Source: Vicugna vicugna
Taxonomy: Eukaryota
Length of the DNA stretch: 22,423 nt
Direction: 5' to 3'
NCBI GenBank assembly: GCA_013265495.1
Contig: MU058463.1
Coordinates: 4,548,244-4,570,666 of the forward strand
This document shows, one piece after another, positions 1-10,863 of the stretch. Position 1 is the stretch's first letter, and the number at the start of each line of letters is the position of its first letter. Under the pieces are notes generated by a model. It was not told the DNA's origin. It saw only the letters and a list, made by a program, of their open reading frames with translations, and did no database searches. Position numbers and translations under genes: made by a program.

Positions 1-1281
1 AAGTCTGAACTTTGAGCAATTCCAGAGAGACTTAGAATTTTCTCTATTTAGTTACAAGGGAAAAGAAAAATGGGTGCAGTTGATTCGGTGCAAAGCAGAC
101 TGGGACAAGAGCAAGGAGGTAAATCAAAAAGATGTAAACATGAGGGAACATAGAACATTAAAAATATCCCTCCACCCCCATAAATTCTGCAGTGAGTCGG
201 GCCAGGTAATGATGGAACACCACTTTGGACCACCTACCGCTCGTTGTACTGACTGGTACTTCTGTCAGTTGTGTACTCAGATGTCTACAGTCCTAAACTT
301 CAGAATGTAAGTTCAGTCATTCTAGCTCAGTTCTTGGTGCCTTCATCTGGTCATGCATGAAACAACCTCGTGTATTGGTGTGGACCTATAGCTGAACCAG
401 CTGGACCCCAACTGGCAAGATGGTAGCTTAGACTAAATAAACAGCATCCCTTCTACCATGTTACATCCTATGATTCCCTTCCTCTCTGGAAACCATATAC
501 ATTATACACACATCTCGTGAGAGGTAACATTCTGACTTCAGAAATGGATGCTAATATTGTGTTTCTGACTGTAAGCTACTCAGCTTTGTAATACCACCAA
601 AAGGATGAAAGTCACTTGCCTGTTTACAATGCTTTATAAGCTACCAGAGCTTTAATTTCTATTTTCTTACTTTTTTCTATACTCGTTGGGTAGATACAGA
701 TTTTTAAAGATGAGAAATCAAGTTGAGGTAACTTAAATAACAAACCTGGGTCATGTTTCTAGTCAAAAGACCTATGATTAAGGTTTTCTTTTTTGAAAAA
801 ATCTTAACAATCCTGCTGCCTCACCATTCTTTCCAGCATAAACTACCAGAGAACTGTTTCCAAGGCATAAATAAAGACTTTCTTAGGAAGGCTCTTTTTG
901 TTGACCATTATCTGAACTTCTCTTTCTCACTGCCAAGTTTGTTCTAACCACAATCTTATTACATGTAATTTAGTCAATTTTTGTTTAATAAAAGTCCTCT
1001 TGTAGGAATATTATATACTTTCTATTGTTGAACTAAAAAAAAATAAGTAAGTATGCATTCTTTGAGAACAATGCAAGTGTATATTCTCTAATAAGAAATG
1101 ACACAACTCTCAGTTGCTGGCTTCCAATCTAAGAATGGTAAAACAGGCAGATTCACTTTATGAAAAAGGGTTTGCAAAGCCCTTAATAAAATGAATGGTG
1201 TTGTACAAACAGAGGCTTTGTAACTGCGAGGTGGGGAGGCTTGAATAAACTGAGCTTTCCTTCTGATAAAAATGAAAGAAT

Positions 1282-1296
1282 TGACCCATTTGAACT
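1282..1296 (-). promoter_or_regulatory. candidate DR3 nuclear receptor element (VDR/PXR-RXR type)
   Basis: The minus strand reads AGTTCA aat GGGTCA: two RGKTCA half-sites spaced by 3 nt. Motif match only. Confidence 0.3.
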
Positions 1297-2949
1297 TTCA
1301 TTCTTCACAAAGATTCATTAAACATAATCTATCAACTTACCAAGGTGATCTTGAACATGAATAAAAGTCTATGCTGTATCAAGGATAAAAGGCAGATATT
1401 TTAATTTGTTTTTTAAGAATATTTTTCATTTAGTGAATGTTATGGAGAGCAAAAGTTAAGATAAATACTGTGTTTTTTCCCCAAAGCTACAGTAAATAAT
1501 TCCAAATTCTCCCCATGCCTGTGATAAAATGGCTGTTGTAGTTTCTATAAAGGATCCTTAACCTGATTGTGAAATTATGGAACTTTTACAACTGTGGAGA
1601 AAAGGAAATGCCATGTTGTCCAATCTGGAATTTTATTGATTATTTTCCCTTCACTGTATTTATTTTCTGAGACCCTCAGTCCTAAAACTCAGCACTGATT
1701 CCATTCTTCTAGTCTGAGACTTGTAGTTTACTGCTTATATAATATATACTTTCTATTACTGGAAAATAATTTAAACGTATGATTTTTTTAAAGGAAATGC
1801 AAATTGATATGCTCCAGTAATACCTGTCTGTGTGCCTGAAGGTCGAACAGATGAAGTCCACATTTCTCAAGCTTCAGCTGACAGCATAATGTGTCATTCT
1901 TTTCAGGGTCCTACACCTCAAGTCAGCACAACCATTTGTTTTAGGGATGGAAGACAGGGAGACATTCTAGGTCATTTGTATGGGGTCAGTGGTGTTTTCA
2001 GCTAGATTTCCTTTGTCCAAATTACAGCGTGATCACAGAGTATGTCAGATTTCCCATCAGAACCGGACAGGAAATCCACACGGCTCTGGAAAGATCAGAT
2101 AGCAACTTGACACATCTGAATGCATGAAGTGTCAAGTTGGCAAGCTACTAAAAAAATGTTGGCTCCCTCAACGAAGCAGTCAAAGCAAAGGGCAGAAAGG
2201 ACAAAGGAGATGGAAAATATGTCCAAAGACTCTCTGCTCAGAGCAGGGAGGTTCTAAAAACTACAGGACACCAACCACAGACCTAACGATCCTAACTTAG
2301 GGGTGGTCTGAGAAATGTAAGGGCCAGCATAAAATAGAGCAAACACAGATATTGCTAGATTTTCTCCTTTTCAGTATGAAATAAGGGCTTCCTCCCACAC
2401 CTGTCTAGAACCAAAGCTGAAACCTGGTGATTTGAATATGTCAAAACAGTGACATGACTGTTCCTCCTCTGCACCCATTCGCTTCTTGGTTTTCTTAGGA
2501 GCAGAGGTCTCTTAAAGGCCCATCCAAAGGTCAGCGGTTTATGATTACCTGTGTGCCATGGATCAGCACCTGGCACAGAAAGCCCAGAAGTGGAGGAGGT
2601 GGAGCAAACTCTCAGATGGGAGAAGTAATGGTGGGGACAGTGGTGGCCACTGGCCTGTATCCTCAGATGCGTCTGTTTATGGCTGCTTGTGCTGGGCCTC
2701 TGTCCAAGGGCTTCAGTTCAGTAAGGGACTCAGTTTTGAACACCTGTGTCCCTGTCTCCAAAGGGACACTTGGAGTGGACTTCCAAGTCAAGGAAACTGC
2801 TCTTTGGGACAGTGGAATACTGATGCCTAGGGCCCCTTTTGATAAGCTCTTCTCTGAGTGTTCCGTATTTCTTCAGACCATGCTGGGTGGCAGTGGTGCA
2901 CGGCCCTTAAGATTAAGCCTTTACAGAGGAAGAGTCTATGTTCTGTCTG

Positions 2950-3260
2950 AAACATGCCAGCAAATAAACTCTCTGAGGGAAGACTCTTGTCTCCATTGTG
3001 CCGCCATACACATAGTATGCAGCGTGTGTACACAGCAAGTGTTTGCTGGATGAATAAAATACAGCGTAGTTTTGTCAGATTGAAGCCTTTTACAAGTAGC
3101 TGCTCTAACTCTCATCCGCATTGTTTTTATGGAAGTTTCAGTGGGATCATGACTGCTAAAACAGCTAGAGATTTGTTCCTCCACTGGAGCTGATAAATCA
3201 GTGAACTGATGTCTGACATTGATGAAACATAAAATGAATTAATTTGTAATTTGTCAATAC
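2950..3260. promoter_or_regulatory. candidate enhancer-like non-coding element
   Basis: Repeat-free sequence with clustered SOX, PBX-HOX, CDX/HOX and MEIS-type motifs; conservation not verified. Confidence 0.3.
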
Positions 3261-3639
3261 AGGTTCTATGGGTTGAGCTAAGTAGACTAGTTGGGAAGCC
3301 ACTCATGTCTGATAAGATTTGTACTGCTGTTTCATGAACTTAGTAGTTGTATCTTTGCTTTGTGGGCTGGAAAGGGATGCTAGTGATTGTCCTGGCTTTT
3401 AGTGAAATAAATTACAAAAGCAATGAAAATATTTTGACCCCTCTTATGCAAGGCCCTAAGAGGAGGGGAAAGGAGATCAAAGACAATAATGTCTCTGCCA
3501 TTAAGAAGCATAAATCCTAGTTGAGGGGAAAAGACATGTACACATCTGCATGACTCACACCTTAATTTCATATGGAACTTGCTCAAATGTTTTATCCCCT
3601 TACTGGAACTTATTTTGCTTTATGTGCTTACCACACATT

Positions 3640-3784
3640 TGTTCATCATCTGTCTCCTCCCACTAGAATGTAAGCCTATGAAGATAAAAGGGATTTGTTT
3701 ATTTTGTTCGTTGCTCTGTTTCCAGTGCCCTGGACAGTGGTTGGTACTTAGTAACCCCTTAATAAATGTTCATTGTTGAATGAA
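3640..3784 (+). mobile_element. LINE-2 3' end fragment
   Basis: ctagaatgtaagcc...ccagtgccctggacagtggttggtacttagtaaccccttaataaatgttcattgttgaatgaa matches the L2 3' terminus (ctagactgtaagctcc...cagtgcctggcacatagtaggcgctcaataaatgtttgttgaatgaa). Confidence 0.85.
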
Positions 3785-5026
3785 CTGTCAATATCAGGTA
3801 ATCTGTAATTTCCTCATTGATTTAAGGCTAAAAAAACTGTGAGTCTTTCAATGACAACACTTTACAGTCACCTATGCTCAAGGACAAATGTCCAGCCACT
3901 AAATAATATAAGAATTTTAAGAAAAAAACAAAACAAAACCCTTTTCTTATCCTATTCAGAAAGAACTGTGGAAGCCAGTAGATTCCAGTTCTTTCAAACA
4001 TGTATTAAGACATCTTATTTTCAACAAAGCATTTTTTTTCTTCTAGTTTCCAGTGTTTCTATTAGAGTCAGTTCTCTTTACCACTCCTGCTACTGAAGTA
4101 ATAACAGTCCAGATGGGCCTCAAAAATGTCTGATGGCATTTTGTACTATATAGAGTCTTGTACTCACAGAAATAAAATTTTTATGGATGTTACTGTCTTT
4201 GGGGATATTAAGGCCACAGCATCTGAACTGATTACTTGAGGGGGGAAAAACAATCAATATATAACTGCTTAATGTCTCCCAGACTCTGAATTACAGAAAA
4301 ATTTTTGTTGAAACACAATGAAGTTATACTGTGCAATTCAATCACAGAATAAATCATCGAGAGTTGTTTTTGCCCTAAAATCCATCAATAATAGGAAAAC
4401 TGGTAGCAAATGCAATTTTGAAGACTGATGTGAACTGTCTACTTAAATGGCCATAACAGCAACCAATTAAATTTTGTCATAGTCATTGTCCTCCTTTTAT
4501 TTTATTTACTTATTTCTTTTTTTGTAGACTGGTATCTTGGAAAACACCTGATGATGACAACTAAAGGAACTGTAATTCTGCTGCCTTAGCTTGACTTATT
4601 TTTGCCTTAGGGAATGAATAAGCATGTAAATTAGACATGAATCATTTCAGTCACTTGTCAATTCAAAACTATTTGTGAGCAAGGTAGGCCAAAAATGACT
4701 GCTGGGGATTGTAGAATCTATTGGAATAGATTGCTTTCTTTAAAATATATTACTTTCTCTAATTGAATTAGGTGAGCTTTATGCAATTGACACATAGACG
4801 AACCTGAAGGGTTGATGAGCAGGAGGTCAGGCTAAATTTGAAATCAGAAAATCACTTAATATTGAGCAAGATGATATTTAACTTACATTCCAGTCAGACA
4901 TGGTATAATTTTCAGAAATCGTAGCCCATCACTACATACCTACTAACAGTGGGAAGCTGAAATCTCTGTAATAGAGTGGAAAATATAATTAACAAATTCA
5001 TCAACCTGGACTGTCAAATAGCCTAT

Positions 5027-5140
5027 CAGATATTTTCCAAGCTCATTGGGTGTTAAGGGTCACCGGGTGAGCTTGTTAAAAATACTTAGTCTCAAGTTCC
5101 TCTCCATGCCTGAGTTCTGCAGATTCTGATGAAGTGGGCA
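5027..5140 (+). mobile_element. MER5A-like (hAT-Charlie) DNA transposon relic, partial
   Basis: gtcaccgggtgagcttgttaaaaatac...cagattctgat resembles MER5A aatcacctggagggcttgttaaaacac...gtttctgattca; heavily diverged. Confidence 0.55.
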
Positions 5141-6031
5141 CAATCTGAACAAAAGGAAAAACCTTCTTATAATTCTACCAGGAATTAGATGAATATAGCT
5201 TTATCTTTCCTCACTGACTAAATAAAATGACCGACAACCCTATATACAGCTATTTCTAATTATCTACATGTTGGCCGGATCCAGGGGATTATTAAATTAG
5301 ATTTTAAATCACCAGGGACAGAAGTTTGATCACATCCAAGTTTGATTAATATTTTACATATATAATACTTAACAAGCATTTTAAAAATTACATACATACT
5401 TATATACCATTACTCATATAAAATATTTATTATACCTAAAATTATACATGTGCTTGTTTCTGAAAACACTGAATGGGGAAGAGATTGATGTTTACTGCTC
5501 CTTATTTGTTTTGCAAGAAATTCTCAAGAAGAGAAGACTTGTCAAAGTTTTTAAAATAGTGTGCAATTGCCAATCAGATGCTTTAGATTACATTCTTAAC
5601 ACCCTATTCATCATGGAGAATGTGATATGAAAGGGATGAGCACACTGATAGATGAACAACATCATTAAAAATAAAAAAAAGTTTTATGGTCTCATGTGTA
5701 TGAATTAAGATGCCATTTAATTACAGACTCAAATAAATGACTCTCTCAGGATAATTTTTGGCATATTTGTGTGTGGTTACTTAGGGAACAACATATTTAT
5801 TTTTGATAACCTTAGAAGTTCACTCTGTACAAAGTAGTAAAAAAAAAAAAAGACGGCCTGGAATTAGTCTGATAAAATCATTAGTTAAAATATTTAATTC
5901 TATGCTGATGTTCTATAATTGCAGTTGTCACCAGAAAAACACAGCATGACTCATTTTTCCTATAAGAAGATTTTGTGTTAATTATATAGCACACTCACTG
6001 AAGGCACAAATGAAGACACTGGCACTCATGT

Positions 6032-6057
6032 CTATGTGGGCAAACTATGTGGGCAAA
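6032..6057. repeat. perfect 13-bp tandem duplication (ctatgtgggcaaa)x2
   Basis: Seen directly at 6032-6044 and 6045-6057. Confidence 0.95.
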
Positions 6058-6264
6058 TGGACATACAGCACATGTGCAACTAATTATTTTTTGCATTTAT
6101 AGATGAAGAAACCAATATTCATTACAATATGTTTAGAGCTAATGAAATGGACCTTTTTGACTTTTTACAAGTTAGAAACAACATGAAAATATTTTCAAAA
6201 ATTATGGTGGAAATCAATATTTCTAGTTTAAGATGAGACTGAGGACTAGAGGGATGGATTAACA

Positions 6265-6432
6265 CTGAAGTTATGGCTGGGTGTCCTGGGGAAGGTCCTA
6301 TGCTTCAGCTTCTTCACTGGAAAATTATAATACTTTCTCTGAGGCTGCAAAGATTCATGAGTTCACGCATGTAAAATGCTTGTAAGAGTGCCCAGCAAAT
6401 AATGATGCCCAATAATAATAGCTGTTGTCATC
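6265..6432 (+). mobile_element. MIR SINE, 3' part
   Basis: gcttcagcttcttcactggaaaat...gcatgtaaaatgctt...agtgcccagcaaataatgatgcccaataataatagctgtt follows the MIR core and tail. Confidence 0.75.
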
Positions 6433-6649
6433 ATAGATCTTAGAACAGGAAGTACTTTCAAGGAATCTCCAAGTCCAGGCAGCCCTCTTCTGCAGCATTA
6501 GAATCTCAGGTCTAAAATTAGGCAAAGAGGAGATGGTCTAGAACCTACCTCATCAGCCAACTTTTTAATGTACATCCACTAAAATGCTGCCTTGGCTCAC
6601 CTCTGCTTCAAAAAATAATTTTAATATATTTTTCTGAGACTGTCTGCCT

Positions 6650-6837
6650 GAAGACCCCGAGAGTACCCAGTTGATGTGAGACCTGGCCCCCACCCACCAG
6701 AGGGCCTAGAACCTGGACTTGCCCACAAGCACACCTGCACTAGCCCTGTGAAAAGAGGCTTTCCATCAGTGGAAACCTTACCTATCAGTGGTTGGCACTA
6801 GACCCAGGACATGGCCTTATCCACCAGTAAGAAGTCA
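6650..6837 (+). mobile_element. probable LINE-1 5' UTR fragment
   Basis: GC-rich, with degenerate repeats of a cc(c)acc(c)accag-like unit (cccacccaccag, tgcccacaag, tacctatcag, tatccaccag) resembling cetartiodactyl L1 5' UTR repeats; abuts L1 ORF2 sequence. Confidence 0.5.
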
Positions 6838-7682
6838 CCATCGAAAATTAGCAGAATATACATTCTTTTCAAGTGCAAATGAAGCATTCTCCAAGATAGA
6901 TCACATACTGGGTCACAAAAAGTCTCAGTAAGTTTGAGAAAATTGAAATCATATCAAACATCTTTTCCAACCACAATGCTAGATTACCAAAAAAAAAAAA
7001 AACTGTAAAAAATACAAATACATGTAGGCCAAACAATATGCTAATAAACAACGAATGAGTCATTGAAGAAATCAGAAAAGAAATTTAAAAATACCAGGAG
7101 GCAAATGAAAATGAAAACACAACACTCCAGAATCTATAGGAAAGAGCAAAAGCAGTTCTAAGAAAGAAATTTATAACAATACAAGCCTTCCCCAGGAAAC
7201 AAGAAAAATTTCAAATAGACAATCTAATCTTACACCTAAAGGAACTAGAAAAGAAAAAACCAAATCCCAAAGTTTATAGGACAGAAATCATAAAGATCAG
7301 AGCAGAAATAAATGGACTGGAGACTAAAAAAAATAACAGAAAATATCAATGAAACTGAGAGCTGGTTCACTGAAAAAAAATTTTTTTTTTTAAATTGAAA
7401 AACCTTTAGCCAGGTTCATCAAGAAAAAAAGAGTGAGGGCCCAAATAAATAAAACCAGAAATTGAAAAGAAGGTACAGGCAATACCACAGAAATGCCATA
7501 AAAAAGAAGTTACAGCCAACACCACAGAAGGATAGACAATTGCCAGTAATGAAATTGAATCAGTAATTTTAAAAACTCCCCCAAAATAAAACTCATGGAG
7601 CAGATCACTTCACAGGTGAATTCTACAAACATTTCAAGTAAACAACTATCATTCTCAAACTATTCCAAAATTTGTAGAAGAA
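6838..7682 (+). mobile_element. LINE-1 ORF2 fragment (end of endonuclease domain to just before RT), decayed
   Basis: Conceptual translation AEYTFFSSANEAFSKIDHILGHK...KFEKIEIISNIFSNHN, later ..LKLFQ.., matches L1 ORF2; there are frameshifts and stops. Confidence 0.93.
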
Positions 7683-8605
7683 ATAGACAGAAGACCTAAA
7701 TAAGCAATCGTCCAATAAAGATATGCAAATGGCCAACATGCACATGAAAAAATGCTCCGTATCACTAATTATCAAAGAAATGCAAATCAAAACTACAATG
7801 AGGTATCACCTCACACCAGTCAGAATGACCATCATTCAAAAGTCCACAAATGATAAATGCTGGAGAGGGTGTGGAGAAAAAGGAACCCTCCTACACTGTT
7901 GGTGGGAATACAGTTTGGTGCAGCCATCATGGAAAACAGTATAGCGAGTCCTTAAAAAACTAAAAATAGACTTAACATATGATCCAGCAACCCCACTCCT
8001 GAGCATGTATCAGGAGGAAGCTCTAATTTGAAAAGTTACATGCATCCCAAAGTTCATAGCAGCACTATTTACAATAGCCAAGACATGGAAACAACCTAAA
8101 TGTCCATCAACAGATGACTGAATAAAGAAACTGTGGTGTATATATACAATGGAATACTACTCAGCCATTAAAAAGATTGAAATAATACCATTTGCTGCAA
8201 CATGGATGGACCTGGAGATGGTCATTCTAAGTGAAGTAAGCCAGAATGAGAAAGAAAAATACCATGTGATATCATTCATATGTGGAATCTTAAAAAATGA
8301 TACAAATGAACTTATTTACAAAACAGAAACAGACTCACAGACATAGAAAACAAACTTATGAGAGAAAGAGGGTGGGAAGGAATAAATCGGGAGTCCAAGA
8401 TTTGCAGATACTAATGACTGTACATAAAATAGATAAACAACAAGTTTCTTCTATATAGCACAGGGAAGCATATTCAGTATCTTGTAGTAACCTAAAATGA
8501 AAAAGAATATGAAAACAAATATATGTATGTATATGTATGACTGAAAACATTATGCCCAGAAATTGACACAACACTGTAAACCGTTTATACTTCAATTTAA
8601 AAAAA
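7683..8605 (+). mobile_element. LINE-1 ORF2 C-terminus, 3' UTR and short poly(A)
   Basis: ORFs 7723-7944 ([52 protein letters not shown]) and 8149-8346 (MEYYSAIKK..FAATWMDLEMVILSEVSQ) are L1 ORF2 C-terminal motifs; the 3' UTR ends acttcaatttaaaaaaa. Confidence 0.97.
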
Positions 8606-8939
8606 GTGTCAATTATTGGAAGAGTAGTTAATCTGTCAATTTCTTCTTTGGAGATAAGATATTCCATTGTGTGTAGCAGTGCATTTAAAACTGTGCTTTA
8701 AATATTAGAGATCTTAACATCATACAGGACTTTGACTCCCCACTCCCTTCTCTGTGATTAATAACAGTATATTATGCATATGTATAAGAATGAACTTATC
8801 CTTGGTTATAATTTTTAAGGGTTTGTATAAAGTTTTGTCTCCTTCAATTGATTCGAAGTCAACTTTATATTCAAATCATAATAATGTTGCACGCTCCCAA
8901 GTGTATGGGTGTATGTGTGTTTGTGTGTATACGTATAAT

Positions 8940-9470
8940 ATTGGTCCACTTCTCTCCAGTTTTACTACTTTCACCTTAGTCAGAGTCACCATTATCACTT
9001 ACCCTGGACCTTTGAAAACCTAACTGTTCTCTCTTCCTTCAGTTTTGCCCCATTCAAATCATTCTTCATTCAGCAGAATAACTTTTTTAAAAACCTAAAT
9101 TGGTTAGGTCACTCTACTTCTAAAAGCCTCTTTGGCTTTCCACTAGATTTGGGAACATCTTACTATGACTTTTGAAGTCCTGAAGGACCTGGCTCCCCCA
9201 TCAATTTCCTGTCTCATTGTATGTGATTCTCTCCAACACGCTGCACTAGCTTTCTTTCAATGTCTTGCAATTGCTAAGTACTTTCCTGCATCTGACCATT
9301 CACTTAGGCTCTTCCCTCTGCCAGAAGTTTTCCCCATTTGTATATGCCCTTGTCAGATGATCTGACCTGATCCTGGTCATTTTCCTTTGTAGGACTAGTC
9401 AAATTTTGTGTTATTTATTTATATCTTGGTTTCTTGAGTAGTGGGTATATATCTCACTCATCAAAGTCAC
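8940..9470 (+). mobile_element. LINE-2 fragment
   Basis: ccacttctctcc...accttagtcagagtcaccattatcacttaccctggac...ccccattcaaatcattctt...cctgaaggacctggctcc matches the pyrimidine-rich L2 3' region. Confidence 0.75.
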
Positions 9471-9482
9471 TATCTGTATTTC

Positions 9483-9978
9483 CTTTTTTAAAATTATTTT
9501 GTTGTTTAAGTACAGTCAGTTATAATATGTCAATTTCTGGTGTACAGCACAATATCCCAGTCATGCAAATAAATACATATATTCATTTTCATATTCTTTT
9601 TCATTAAAGGTTATTACAAGATATTGAATATAGTTCCCTGTGTTATACAGAAGAAATTTGTTTTTTTAACCTATTTTTATATATAGTGGCTAACATTTGC
9701 AAATCTCAAACTCCCAAATGTATCCCTTCCCATCCCTGTTCCTCTAGTAACCATAAGATTCTTTACTATGTCTGTGAGTCTGTTTCTGTTTTGTAGATGA
9801 GTTCATTAGTGCCCTCTTTTAAATTTTTTTTTAGATTCCACATATAAGTGATATCATATGGTATTTTTCTTTCTCTTTCTGGCTTACTTCACTTAGAATG
9901 ATGATCTCTAAGTCCATCCATGTTGCTGCAAATGACATTATTTTATTATTTTTTATGGCTGAGTAGTATTCCACTGTA
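9483..9978 (-). mobile_element. 5'-truncated LINE-1 (ORF2 end and 3' UTR)
   Basis: The reverse complement aligns with 8150-8600 (tggaatactactcagccat...catggatggac...aagtgaagtaagccagaa...gaaattgaca). Confidence 0.96.
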
Positions 9979-10664
9979 TTTAAATCATAGGCCCCTATCA
10001 TGTCCCACTTGCTTGGTAGGAAATTTCATTTCAGTCATAATGAAGGTTTTTGTTTTTCTCGATCATGGTAGCACCCATAAGCCTTATGTTATATTTGGAG
10101 AAGAGGGGAGAAGGGCTGTAAGCACCAGTCTATCCTGGCAAAAATAACACATTTTCATCTAAGCCAATAGCAGTCCCTTGAAATGTGGTGACTTCTAGTT
10201 TTATGTCATTCACAGAGCACATGGTGTGTCTAAAAACCCTAATGTTTCTAAGAGGCTACCACCTCTTCTAAGTCTGACCACCTGCTTGGAGTGCTGCCAC
10301 AGAATTGTGACTTGTCCTCTTCACATTAAGAATCTTTCAACCTGTTTCTTCTTGCCCAGCTAGAACAACTCCCTCTTTAATTTGAAGGCAGCATCTATTT
10401 TACTCAACTTTGAACATCGTCAGTGGGTGTAGGGTTTTGGAATAAAGGCCACGGAGTCTTGTAATACACTTGAACTTTCTACCTGGCTTCAAACCTCCCA
10501 TCAATTAATGAACATAGAGCTACTTTCTAAAAACGATAAAATGGGAAAAAAGAAGCGGACATGGAGATGCTCTCATGAATGGTTATTAGAGAATACTATC
10601 TACTTATGCTGATTTATTTTCTGTTAACAGCTTTTGATTTTCCTTTCCAACTTCCCAGACATCA

Positions 10665-10863
10665 GTTTTAGGAAAGCAAGAACCATTGTCATCTTTACCA
10701 ATATGTATCCAGCAACTAGCACAATGTCTAGTACAAAGTAGACACAAAAGTTTATGTTAAATGAATAAATAAAATAAGTGTTAAATATATATTTATTGTA
10801 TTCCCATTGCTGAATACATTACTTCACTAAGAGTACATATTTAGTGAACATTGAATAAATAAA
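10665..10863 (+). mobile_element. LINE-2 3' tail relic(s)
   Basis: tatccagcaactagcacaatgtctagtacaaagtagacac...gttaaatgaataaat; a second, weaker copy ends ttgaataaataaat. Confidence 0.6.

Noticed and set aside
2541..3053. 170-aa plus-strand ORF, the longest in the window
   Set aside because: No recognisable domain, weak start context and no supporting splice or promoter structure; a chance ORF in a locally GC-richer patch is plausible. BLASTP or PhyloCSF would settle it.
7723..8346. ORFs with real protein homology
   Set aside because: Fragments of decayed L1 ORF2, not host genes.
9473..9980. ctgtattt on both sides of the minus-strand L1 as a TSD
   Set aside because: The right copy overlaps L1-derived sequence and the match is short, so it is not secure.
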